Below are positions 26,558 through 38,512 of a DNA stretch of 64,000 nucleotides, one piece after another (the stretch's first letter is position 1; each line of letters begins with the position of its first letter). The position numbers and the translations under genes are program-made. This DNA is from Okamejei kenojei (taxonomy: Eukaryota). The notes under the pieces are model-generated. The model saw only the letters and a program-made list of their open reading frames with translations, was not told the origin of the DNA and did no database searches. Location: assembly GCA_035221665.1 (NCBI GenBank), contig CM069153.1, positions 24,924,001 through 24,988,000 on the forward strand, given 5' to 3'.

Positions 26558-26749
26558 GTGCTATCCCTGGAGGTCTCAATATTGGTCCAACAATCAAGCC
26601 CTCCCTTGAGGACTCCTACAGTCCATATGATCTGATAACCAGCAGTGAGTCACCAGCCAGTCCACCGGTACCAGTCAGTGATAGCTGGACACGTGCCAAA
26701 TCCCCTGCCGATAAGATCTCAAATGGCTCCAACATTAACTGGCCACCAG
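26558..26749 (+). CDS. TNRC6C: TNRC6C exon ending in the first half of PAM2 (…KISNGSNINWPP)
   Basis: atattcAG|GTGCT ... CCAG|GTAAAC; 192 nt, phase 1-1; not in the ORF track. Confidence 0.92.
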
Positions 26750-27978
26750 GTAAACCCCAAAGATTGGCAAAAATAAAATAGGTGTTAAGAATGTTGTGTT
26801 TAAATGAGACCTGTATATTTATTACACATTGAGAGAAATTAGTAAATTGAAAAGAGCTGCCAAATGTGTCAACTTAATTTGCTAATTTAGTGCAAATATT
26901 GCCAAATAATGTAAGATATGTCATTCATTTGTCCCCCCTTTAATATCTTTGGGGTTAATCCATGCTTTACGACCTTAGATGGGCAATTATTGTATAGCAA
27001 TCTAAAAACGTGGCTGCAATATAACAGAAGTTAGCTTAGTAACGATCTAACATTTTGGCTTTGGTCTTGACTGATATTCTCTTCGAAATTCCGGTGCATG
27101 CAATCACATCACAACATAACTGCGTCTTTTTTTAAAGAAAATAATTCTCAGACTGACCTGCTGATTTGATTCCAGCCATTTGCTGGAGTATATTTCCAAA
27201 TCGAGCATGCTGGATATGAATTTACAACTGAGCTACATTTCCACATGCATATTTGTTTCATTTTTCTTAGTAAGTTAATATGCCATTTCACTTACTGAGG
27301 AACAGACATTGTGATGTTTTAAATTTGAGAAACTGAACCAAGGTGTGCTGTAAGCGTGTCTTGGTAAGCTTGTCTGATGCAGTGTTACTTTATCTATTGT
27401 CCTAATAAATTCACTTTTTGAATAAATTAGTTTGTTATATGCATAGTCTAAATGCCCCATTTTATTCCTTCTAATGCAATTACAGCCTAGATTATTTTCT
27501 TGTCAACTTTACATTTACAAAGCAAAACTAATAAGCAGCTCTTTTGGTCTTATGATGTGGAATCTATATGTTATTTTGTAAATGTTAAATGCAATTGGTA
27601 TAGTGTTAACTTAATATTTGAAATGTCTTGCTGGACAGTATCACCTAAGCACATGGTGTGTGTGTGTGTGAGGCACATAAAGATGCATTTCCGTTCACAA
27701 AACCACTGTGGTTGAACATAGTTTTGAAATGTAACCATCGTATATGTGGGGGTTCATTTGTATTTAAACAATATTCACTATATTTTTTGTAGTTAGAAAA
27801 ATTTGCTGCCAGTGTTACTGATATGGAAGGTCATTATAGAAGCAGTGACAATGAAATTTAATAAACTTTCTCAAGGTATTACTTTTCCAAGAGCAAAAAT
27901 TATTAATCTGAGACCTTTCAGTATTTTTATTTTATACACTGTTGCCTGGAGAAAATAGTGTGATATCGAGCACAAAAT

Positions 27979-28022
27979 TGCTCATGTGTGGGCCAGCCTT
28001 TTGCTCATGTGTGGGCCAGCCT
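27979..28022. repeat. Tandem duplication of a 22-mer
   Basis: TTGCTCATGTGTGGGCCAGCCT x2. Confidence 0.8.
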
Positions 28023-28374
28023 CAGATAATGTGATAATTTCACAATTTATTTCTGGATTATACAATTAATTGACACAATGGTAATACTATCCAATATCTA
28101 ATTGTAAAACTTCAAAATGTTCTTGCCCTGGATGTTTTGTATTATCAGCATCTCACAGGGGAGTGGCATTGTTATTGCAGAAGCCTTGGTTTCATACTAC
28201 CAAGAGAAAAATATAACATTGATAAAATGAATCTAATTATTTCAGACAGTATTTTCAAGACCTTAACAGAAATAACATCTGTTAAAGTCTTGTTTAAGCA
28301 TGGTTAAATGTGATGGAATAATTCAATAGCCTTTTGTAAAAAATATTTGTAATCATTCTATTTATTATAGTACT

Positions 28375-28520
28375 TCTTGATTAGTACGGGGTCAGAGGTT
28401 ATGGGGAGAAGGCAGGAGAAAGGGGTTAGGAAGGAGAGATATATCAGCCATAATTGAATGGTGGAGTAGACTTGATGGGCCGAATGGCCTAATTCTGCTA
28501 CTATCACTTATAATCTTATG
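28375..28520 (+). mobile_element. CR1-like 3' tail fragment
   Basis: TTCTTGATTAGTACGGGGTCAGAGGTTATGGGGAGAAGGCAGG...GGGCCGAATGGCCTAATTCTG. Confidence 0.75.
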
Positions 28521-28894
28521 ATAAGAGTCACATGGCAAAGGATTTCAAAGTGCCAGTATTGGGCAACTTGCTCAGCTGAACCTTATGTTAAAATTTCATA
28601 AGTTCTAAGCGGTGCCCACTGGCATAGTTCAGTTTCAATCCCTTGTCTGTTAAATTAGTTAATATCAGTTGATATGGCAAATTTCGAAGAGGAACTGGCA
28701 CTTGATTAAAACCCCCTTTGGGTTGGGATGCAATAAAATTAGAATTATACAAGAAATAAAATTAATTTAACGATGTTTAGTTTTGTATTTATTTTAAACT
28801 GTAAACAAAACTTTCAATTGAACAGTAATTTGTATGGCTATTAAACTACTAAAAATGATTTACTGTTCTACTGCCTACTTCCTAACTGCTGAAG

Positions 28895-29044
28895 AGTTTC
28901 GGCCTGGGGAACCCTGGAAAGGACTTCAGAATATCGACCCTGAGACTGACCCTAATGTTACACCCGGAAGTGTCCCAAGTGGACCTTCCATCAATACTAC
29001 TATCCGGGATGTGGATCGCTATCTGCTCAGGGACAGGAGTGGAG
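28895..29044 (+). CDS. TNRC6C: TNRC6C exon: second half of PAM2 ([27 protein letters not shown]...)
   Basis: ctgctgaAG|AGTTT ... GGAG|GTAAGA; 150 nt, phase 1-1. Confidence 0.92.
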
Positions 29045-31108
29045 GTAAGAAAGCCAATTACACAAATTACGATATTATTCACAAGAAAACTATCTTTCGG
29101 GTTTCTTGAAAAAAATAAAATAAATGCTATAGTTGTGTAGAAGTAAGCTACATAATGTATGTCATCCATTGCATCAAACTTTTTCTCTTGAAAAAGTAAA
29201 AAGCAAGAGATGGCTTCAACTATTTAATATATCATAGTTACTACATTGTGCTGAAATCTATATGAATTAATCTAAGATTGATAATAAATATAAAAAGCCA
29301 AGGGATATAGGGAAACAACAGTTGCATGATTAGAATCTCAAATCAACCATAATCGGCTTGGCATGTCCACCTTGAAAGGAAAAAAAACCTCCTGTCTGTC
29401 ATTCCTGTGCTCCCATACGAGTTCAGATATGAGGCTGAGACTAATTTTCTATTATTTTGAAGAAAGGTTTATGTTTCCTACTAGATAAACATATTCATTA
29501 ATTCTTAGGTGTAAGCTCTGATTTGCAGACTGATTTCTGCTACATGATAGGAGATTGAAACTGAGGTGGAAAATCAGCTATAATCCTAATGTATCATTGT
29601 GCAAACTCAGGGTGCATGCCCTAGATATCAATTTATTGTGTTCTATTGATAACATATAATCTATAAAAATGATTTGTATTGCAGCAACGCATAAATGCTT
29701 GTTCTCTAAGGATATAATAATAATAAAAATAATGGTGTATGTATATTACCGTATCTAGTAAAACGTCACAGACCACTAATTTGTCATAGAGCTCTTTGTT
29801 CTGGAGTCCAAACACTCATGGCTATGTACCTTACTGTAGTTTAAATCTGCTCAAGTTGTGCATTTTGCTACTGTAGTGGGAAGCTGGCATGAAACTCTGC
29901 TCTCCACACGCACAAGCAATGATTACCTTGGGATGGGACAGTTGCTTTTGGAAACTGGTATGTTTCCAGGCATAGGCCTGAGTGTTGCAGCTGTTATATG
30001 CTGAGTTGTGAATTTAGGGTACATCCAGGCCAGCATAGACAGGCACAGGCCACTACTGCTTGTATTGCAGACCGACTGATCCTGCAGTCTGTCTCGTCAC
30101 CTCTTGTTGGATGCAATGGAAGCTGCCTCGCCATGGAACAGCTGCGCTGCTCGTCCTGACCCAACATGTGTTTCCAAAAGCAGCCTCTCCATCTTAACAT
30201 GTAGGGTAATTCATTCTTTGTGCCTAGGGAGTCTTCCCTTTGTTTTGCAGCACAGCTCCCTAGCCCAGAGCTTTCTCTGCAGTAACAAACTCAATGGTTT
30301 GTAACCACCATTTGAGCACTGGTGCAGCTCAGAGACCCACAATTTATTGCTGAGCAGATGCATCTTTATTCCCAGTCCTCGCATTCAGTCTTTCCATCTG
30401 AACTGTGAGGGGATTCATTGCTAGCTTCTTGCCAAGTTCCTGATGGAGCAGCAGAGAGGACTGGGGTTTGTGCCAGTGCTATCAGTATATGTATAAATGA
30501 CCCCTTTCAGCACCAAAACCATTAATTTCCTCAACCCTGGGAGAAACTGTCATGTGCACTAATGTGCCAGCCTGTTCTGTCCCTGTTCCACTTTATTCCT
30601 TGCTCATTTTCGCCATTTAACATGTGAAATGTTTTGAGTTGCGCTTTTCTGCACTCTGGCTTTAATCCATTCAGATCTTTAGATCAACAACTTGTCAGTA
30701 ACTGAATATTTAAGTAGAATGTAGCGAGCAGTTCCAAAAAGCAAATATGTTTCTCCTTAAGAATTAATTTTTTGGATTTTTCGTTTGGATTTAACAACAA
30801 AGCAGGCTCTGAGGTGAGTTTGCAACAGTAATGTAGACAAATGGAATGGATTAAGAAGTATTTTTATTTTATTATTCTGCATTTTCAGAAACCTGAAGAA
30901 ATAGTTAAACCTGAAGTGCTTGAAACTTTGCATTCCTGGGAATTGAATTTAAACAATAATATGGGATCACTGAACATCATTTTCCCACCCCATTCATTTG
31001 TTTTTTTGTCAAACTTTTCACGACCTAAACGACAAATGGAACAATCATCTTAAGATTTAATTTAAATCATTTTCCATTTCTTTGGTTGCTTTTTTGCTGT
31101 TTATGCAG

Positions 31109-31222
31109 GGTCATCCCCAACATCTCAGAACGCCACGCTGCCTTCATCTAGTGCCTGGTCCTTCAGTGCCTCTGGCTACACTAGCTCTTTCTGCAGCTCT
31201 ACATCTGCACCTAATCCTGCAG
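31109..31222 (+). CDS. TNRC6C: TNRC6C exon (GSSPTSQNATLPSSSAWSFSASGY...); frame-symmetric, probable cassette
   Basis: tttatgcAG|GGTCA ... GCAG|GTAGGG; 114 nt, phase 1-1. Confidence 0.85.
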
Positions 31223-33694
31223 GTAGGGGTCCTTTTGCTTTAATTGCTGACCACGCCAAAAAATCTCCATTGAAAATGAGGATTGTAACAAAAGTTTAAA
31301 ATGCACCATCTAAATGTTGGTTTGTGCAGTGATTGGACCTATAAAATGGCTGGTGGAATTCAGTACAACAGATGAGCAATGGTCCTTTCTATGCAGTTTT
31401 TAATTGGTTATTTAATAATTCCTCCTCTTGAACTTGACTAGGAGCTGTATAACTTCCCCGCTACATCATGAAAATGGTGTTTTGGGTGGGGCTAGTGAAG
31501 AGCATAACATTTGTTGAAAGGCTCATTATTTCTTCAAATTTAATTTAATATTGTTTGACTCTCATTACCCAAACATGTTATGGCTTTTCTTTCCTCATAC
31601 TGAGTGCATGCTTGCGTTTCTTCATTCTGCTACAAAGCTTCAGTGATTAATGCTCAACTGAGATTCAAAATGAAATTGAGAATAAAAATGTTACCTTAAT
31701 TCCATTGATGGCTCAAGTTTGTATTCTTAATTTTTTGGGGTCTACATGCTGATGTACAATGTTGGAAAATACTTGTTGGACTTAATCTCAGCCACAAAGG
31801 ATTTCACTCGATTCGTTGATTGGAGAAGGGTCCTGACCAGAAATATTGCCTATCCATTCCCTCCACAGATGCAGCCTGACCTGTTGGGATATTCCAGCAT
31901 TTTGTGTGTTGAATTGTATAAAATTGTCATTTTTGTTTCACTCTGTTCAATGTAATATGCAAAACATGGAAGGGTATGGATCACATACAGGCAGAAGTCA
32001 TTCGGCATGTTTAGTATGGGCAAAGGGCCTATTCCTGTGCTGTACATTTTTTTTAAACATAAAGAACTGTGAAATATTTTTCATCCCAAATTTTAAAAAA
32101 TAATTTAAAGAACTGACAGTATTGAAACATTCATAGCCTTGGGAAATAACACCAAGTTATAATATGCAACCATTTGTTTCTATTTAGCTCTGAGAATATA
32201 ACCAAATTGCAAACAAAATATATATTTTCCGAATCCAAACAAATACATTTTCTAGTTGTCTGATAATTTGATCAACCTAGATGCTATCTTTTCAAGTGAT
32301 AGCTTGGTAAGTTGCTTATCATTTGTTCCTTCTGGATTTTATTCAGTTAGAAAAATACAAAAAAGATGCTCAGATTTGATCCATTCATTTTTCCTTCTAT
32401 TTTGCAGATGGAATTTACTTAAGCAGTTCCCAAAATCCCAAAAGTGGTAGCATAAGTCTAATTGTGACGACATCGGACAGGAACTTCCAAATGTTGACTG
32501 AGAGAGGCTGTTAGCAAGTAAAGAGATGTCTGACAAGTAGGAAGGTTTTAAATATGGGATAGAGTTCATGGTGCACCTCTTCCCATTAGAATGAATGGCA
32601 AGGCAGGCAAGATTAGGGAACCTACTCAGACTAGGGATGTTGAGACTCTGGTCCGGAAAAGAAGGTTGCTCATGTTGGGTATAGGCAAGTGAGATCAAGC
32701 TGGTCCCTTGAGTATAAGGGATGTGGGAGTACACTTAAGAAGGAAAACAGATGGGCAAAAATGGGGCATTGTAGATAAGGTAAGGAGAATCCTAAGCAAT
32801 TCCGTCAGCACATTCCGAATGATGTCTTCCTCAAGACTATATGAAATAGGGTAGCCTTGGTGGTTAAACATTGCTTCGCTATTCAGTTTAATTTATTGTT
32901 GTGTGAAATGTCATGTGTTTATTGTCATGCAGTGAAAAGCTTTTTGTTACAAGCTTTAATTTTAAAAAACACGGCATAAATGCCCTTCTCTGCTATTGGT
33001 TAGACTTGAGACAATCGGAACATGAATTGTGAACATGACCTTTGATGCAAGATAAGTTGATAAAAAATTTGCGAAGCATGTGAAAAGATGAAGTAAAATG
33101 ATAGGACTGGAACACTGAATAATTTGCCTTCCTTCCGTGTAGTAAATATGAATTCTTTGTTTTAAATAGATTCCTCATTACTTTTTCACATAAATTGTTG
33201 ACAAATGGCATGTGTCATTATTTTTAATATTCACTTTACAATTTCATTGGAGGAAAGATGACCAAAAACTTGAATTTGCAGTTGTTTGCTTTTAACCATG
33301 GTATTTATGCCGGTTTAGAGCTAACCATAGAATGGTTGTGTGTGTCAGCTGGCATTTTTCCAGTTTGTTTTCTCGGTTTTATCACAGTAACAAATCGACT
33401 GATGCATTAAAAAAAATAAATTTGTAAATGTAACAATTAAGTTTGAGAATGATTACAGTTCTTTCCGAGCACTTCAGTGCCTCCTCGACCCACATGCACC
33501 TTTTTCCTCCCAACTTTATTCTCCAAATCCCATTTTCCCTTTTGCAACTTCCTTGCCGCATTTGCCTCCTTACTTTCATATTCACCATCTTCTGACAAAC
33601 TCTAACGTTCCCATCTTATTTGTGTTCTCTTGCACAGATGGGGATTTGTGCCTTGCTTTCTTTTAAATGAATGCCATCATTCTTTTAATAGAAA

Positions 33695-33807
33695 GGAAGG
33701 AACTGCAGATGCTGGTTTGAAGAATGGTCTCGACCCAAAAGTTTGCCCGTTCCTTCTCTCCATAGATGCTGCCTGACCTGCTGTTACTCCAACATTTTGT
33801 GTCTGTT
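33695..33807. mobile_element. Short Penelope-derived insertion (tail on minus strand plus inverted arm)
   Basis: GGAACTGCAGATGCTGG then TGAAGAATGGTCTCGACCCAAAA; direct repeat ATTCTTTTAATRGAAA at 33679-33694 and 33808-33823. Confidence 0.7.
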
Positions 33808-35013
33808 ATTCTTTTAATGGAAATGCCATAATTTTCCGGTCGCTCTGTCAGATTCTCTCTCAAATTGAGCAGTCAAACAGCAAGAGCGTGAAAATATTTT
33901 AATTTGCTCTGCTTCAGTACTTTGTAAACCAAGTTTTACTGAAGTTGGACTAAAGCACATTCTAAAGCACCTTATGAGTCACGTATATAATTTGGAGAAC
34001 CTTCTATCGAAAGTTTCAATTGGACAAACAAGTTTTTTGTGCACAAGCATGGATAGTGATGATTCACCTGCATGATGCTTTATTGGCTATCCGCATACAC
34101 TCATGGGTGATGAAGCTTCTTCCTCAGCACCTTTATATGTTTTAACAAAAAAACTTGAAGCCCTCTGCGAAAGCATGATTGAACCAAGTAGTTGTTCTTT
34201 GTGAGTGCTCAAAATCTTTTTGGTTAATCCTAACCCTCGTTGTTTTGCACAACTTTCAGAATATCTCACGAAATCGGAGAATGCAATGTATCTAAGTAGT
34301 ATTGAATTCTAAACATCTGAATGAAAGTGTGTTTATTAACTCTTCAAAATGTAATGTGTTGTAAATGGTGAAGCCAAAATATGTATCAAAATATGTATGG
34401 ATTTGCAAAAATGTTTAAGTTGTCCATTTAGAAATACTTAGAAAACTTTGAAGTAACCAGAGTTAGTTTTTTTCAATGAGCACATGTGAGCAGTTTGGAA
34501 ATAAAAATAAGTATTAATTCCTAATGTTCTGACATTAGTGCAAACTTTACAATTGCTAGTCTTTTCAATAGTATTTTGCATTTGGTCATTTTTTAAATAG
34601 AAAGTCGAATCAATCCGAAAACTTCATCCAAACTCAATGTAACTTTTGCAAGAGATTTCTTGATGGATGCAAAGGTTAACTTCAACGTCAAATTGTTTCT
34701 CCAAGTGACTAGTTGTCAATTGAAATGGGGGATTCTGGATTTTTTACATGGGTTCACTGATTATATGAAGTTGGGAAACATGTCTTTTGCTGGATCGTTG
34801 TTAAAAACAACAGTAACAGTTGATTTTCACCATTATGTTAGTAATATTCAAGCATTTGTATGAGAATATGGTTATGTAGGTCTTTATTCAATGATATAAA
34901 TATGTGGTCGAAGTGCTAGTATTTTCAATTTTGACATGTAATAGACCTGAAATCAATGTAAATTTAATTTGAAGGTTTTGACAACAAAAAAAAATGTTTT
35001 GCGTGTTTTCCAG

Positions 35014-35214
35014 CTAAACTGACAGATAAATCTACTTGGTCACCTGGACCCATTGCTCAAAGTCAAGCACCACTGTCACATGAATTGTGGAAAGTGCCGC
35101 TAGGATCCAAAAACACTAGACCACCACCAGGTCTGACAAATACCAAGCCATCACCATCCTGGGGTGTCAGTTCGCTCGGACTTGTCTCAAGCTGGCCAAG
35201 CTCTTACTCCTCCA
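35014..35214 (+). CDS. TNRC6C: TNRC6C exon: M2 region (LSHELWKVP, RPPPGL motif)
   Basis: gttttccAG|CTAAA ... TCCA|GTAAGA; 201 nt, phase 1-1. Confidence 0.92.
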
Positions 35215-35802
35215 GTAAGATGTGACCTATATTATTATCTTCTATGTTTCTCTATGAGTTGAATTCAAAAGATGTTGCAATGTGATCTTAATTTGAAGGA
35301 GGATCTGGTGTTTTTGTTTTATAAAAATAGAAATCCACAACCAGAGATGTCTAAATACGGTTGCATTTATTATCAAATGTAATGAACTGATGATTTACAA
35401 TAATTCTTCAAATTGATACTAATAACATTGTACCTATCTTACGAATATGCATTTTTCCTACTTTTTATGTTCATTCAAAGTTAGTTGAATGGTTCTCTCA
35501 ATTAAAGAATAAATAGCTTTGGATGGAGATAGATATATAATTTACAAGCTGCCTATTAATTTCCTATTGTACTTCAGTTGCATATGTTGTTTCATTTGTT
35601 GGCCTCTTCAACAAGGAACCAAGAAAATCATCACATTTCTATTCTTGAGAGGAAATGCCAATTTGCTTGATGGCACTATTAGATGCAATCAAAATCTAAA
35701 TGACATTCTTTTTGAAGAATGGTATAGCCTCTCCATTTTGATATAAATGAATTTAGTTTCAGAACATAAACATGGTAATAACATTCATCTGTTGTCTCTT
35801 AG

Positions 35803-35873
35803 ATTCTGCTTGGAGCACTGATAGCTCTGGAAGAAATAATAGCTGGCTGGTTCTGCGAAATCTAACACCCCAG
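35803..35873 (+). CDS. TNRC6C: TNRC6C exon: RRM start (SAWSTDSSGRNNSWLVLRNLTPQ), followed by a GC donor
   Basis: tctcttAG|ATTCT ... CCAG|GCAAGA; 71 nt, phase 1-0. Confidence 0.9.
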
Positions 35874-36628
35874 GCAAGAAGCGATCATTTCTTGTATTGT
35901 GAAAGTAACCTCAGCTTGCCTATTCATTCATCGTAATTAAGTTTGAACATCGCTACAACTGAAGTTTACAATTGATACTTTTTGAATGGAAATATGCAGT
36001 TTTACACACTTGCATTTCTAAAATTATTATTTGATTTAACTTTAAGTTTAAAGTTATAACCATAGACACAAGAATATTAAATTGAGTCTATCGACCTTTT
36101 AAAACATTTGTAAATGTGTGAACAGTGAAAACATTCTGTCAACTGGTTTTCATATAGTAGCAAAATCCCACTTCACATTGTTTTGAAAGGGAGGGTTAGG
36201 TTTCATTTGTAGCTATGTATCATCATCTCGTTCTGAAAAAATATACCAAAATGTCTTTTCACATATAGGTGAAGATTAATGTGTTGGTTGTGTTTAATAT
36301 GATCTGTTCCCTGATGTAAATCCTCCCACTTTAGCATCACTACACCAATGTGTTTTATTTCTCCAAATGCCTATTTGCCCTTGCCCTATGCCCACTAAAA
36401 CAGTGTATTCTCTGCTTATAAAGCAATGTAGGATTGGAGAAACATCTGCAGTTTACACCACAAAATTACATTGCATTGCTAGTTTTTTATAATTTTTCCT
36501 TTTTCAGTGTCATTTGTTTTCCATAAGCTGGAGAAATAGGTTGTTCATCTTCAATCTGTCTAGATTTAGTAGGATTTGGGAGTTCAAAGTTTTAGCAGTT
36601 TTTTCTTCAGAATGATATAATGACATAG

Positions 36629-36794
36629 GGTAGACAAAAATGCTGGAGAAACTCAGCGGGTGAGGCAGCATCTATGGAGCGAAGTAAGTAGGGCGCCTAT
36701 TTCCTTCGCTCCATTGATGCTGCCTCACCCACTCAGCTTCTCCAGCATTTTTGTCTACCTTCAATTTTCCAGCATCTGCAGTTCCTTCTTAAAC
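36629..36794. mobile_element. Penelope-derived fold-back insertion (~64-bp hairpin plus tail)
   Basis: 36629-36759 is a near-perfect palindrome; tail CCAGCATCTGCAGTTCCTTCT; direct repeat ATAATGACWTAGGGTAG at 36617-36633 and 36795-36811. Confidence 0.8.
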
Positions 36795-36966
36795 ATAATG
36801 ACTTAGGGTAGTGGTTTACAGCTTGAATGATAGAATGAGTAAATGTTGTGCAGCCAGATAATTTATCTCTTAAATCCATTTTGTGTCAAATTGCTACATA
36901 AAATTGTGGCTACTAAGTGCATGCTCTCAGATTGATAAGTAAGGGTGGTTTGTTCTTTTGCTGCAG

Positions 36967-37106
36967 ATTGATGGCTCCACTTTGCGGACTTTATGCATGC
37001 AGCATGGTCCATTGATAACATTCCATCTGAACCTAACCCAAGGAAATGCTGTGGTTCGCTACAGCTCTAAGGAAGAAGCAGCTAAAGCCCAGAAGTCTCT
37101 CCACAT
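36967..37106 (+). CDS. TNRC6C: TNRC6C exon: RRM core ([46 protein letters not shown])
   Basis: gctgcAG|ATTGAT ... ACAT|GTAAGC; 140 nt, phase 0-2. Confidence 0.95.
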
Positions 37107-38151
37107 GTAAGCTACCTGCATAATTCCAGACATGAAAGTTTTGAACAATTTAGTATTTTGAATTTGAATTTGTCGTGATGAATCAATGAATTGATAGAAA
37201 CACTTCTGTTCTCCTCATTTATATCAGAAAGGAAATTATTTGTTATCCCAGCAACTGCTCCTCAGTATGGCATGTCATCTGATCAATCCAATTTTTTTTG
37301 TATTCCGCCACAGCCTCCTTGTTTGCCAAAATGAAGGATTAATTGGTGTCTAGCATGCAACATAGGACCCGTGTGTTGCCATGTACTTTGGTTTGTGGCT
37401 AATTCTTCACAAACCATTAGTCTGTTTCTTTTAGGGAGTCTCGCTGATCTAACCTCCTCCATTAATCCCTCCTTGAACATTGTCTCTGAAGAAATACTGA
37501 GAAATGCACATTGGTAGAATTTCTCAGTTCAAAGAGCACTCCCATCTCTGCCCCTCTATTTGAACTCCACATGGGCAGGTTCAGGGAGGATTGTAACCAA
37601 GGGTGCCTCCGAATCTTTTCCTCACTATTATTTTGATCATAATGTAATTGTCAGAACTGGAACTGACAAAAATCACTTTGAATGCATTGATGCCATTTAT
37701 TTTTAAGATAAATCAGGGACAAAAAAATTGATCTTGACGCACTAAAATAACAGCATGTTTTGTGTCAGGACTCTTAAAATGTTGCTTATTCTCTCCAGAG
37801 ACTGCGTGACCCGCTGATTACTCACTTATTTAGTCTTTTTTTGTTAACCAGCATCTGCAGTTCCTTGCATCTAGCATATTTTAAAAGCCTGCCAACCTTC
37901 TGAAATAACAGGTGTAGATATTTGAGTGACTGTTTGCCGAGAGACAGAATTAGAACAGTACTATCCACTAAATTTAGTCCAAGCTTTATAATAGTAGCAG
38001 TTCTTGGTATTGTTCCATAAATATTTTTTGTCTGAACTAACGTATAGTGTGCATGTAAAAGTTTGCATTTATTGACACCATTCTGAATATGTAAGCCTTT
38101 GACGTGATCTGGTTTACTGCGCTCTCAACATTTGACTTTTCCTTTGACTAG

Positions 38152-38512
38152 GTGTGTTCTGGGAAACACTACTATCCTCGCTGAATTTGCCAGTGATGAG
38201 GAAGTAAATCGTTTCTTTGCACAAGGTCAATCGCTCTCTCAGACCTCCAGTTGGCAGTCTAACACAGGAACAAATCCGAGCCGACTTGGGTCAAGCACCA
38301 ACTCTCACGGATTGATTCGCAATGATCTAGGTCACTGGAATACTACAAGCTTGAGTGGGAAAGGAACCAATGACCTCCTCTGGAGTAGTGTCCCTCAGTA
38401 CTCCAGCAGTCTATGGGGTCCTCCTAACAATGATGACAGCAGAGTAATTTGCAGCCCTACACCTATAAACACCTTACTCCCTGGTGACCTACTCAGTGGA
38501 GAATCAATGTAG
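38152..38512 (+). CDS. TNRC6C: TNRC6C last coding exon: RRM end and C-terminal W-containing region, TAG stop
   Basis: tttgactAG|GTGTGTT; [12 protein letters not shown]...SSLWG...[12 protein letters not shown]. Confidence 0.95.

Larger units (their letters stand above)
262..38512 (+). other. TNRC6C: TNRC6C (GW182 family) gene body, 5'-partial: 19 coding exons, 5432 coding nt in window including stop
   Basis: All exons have AG acceptors and GT donors (one GC), and phases join into one frame. Peptides match recalled TNRC6C sequence (MATGSAxGNF, QNVSFSxQPQNLNTDGPNNTNP, [31 protein letters not shown]). Confidence 0.93.

Noticed and set aside
30870-30920. Acceptor-like TTCTGCATTTTCAG at ~30888
   Set aside because: Immediate stop in the required phase and no convincing donor.
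262-38512. Assignment as TNRC6A or TNRC6B
   Set aside because: The N-terminal MATGSA.GNF region, Q-rich exons, RRM ([24 protein letters not shown]) and C-terminus fit recalled TNRC6C best. Not confirmed by phylogeny.
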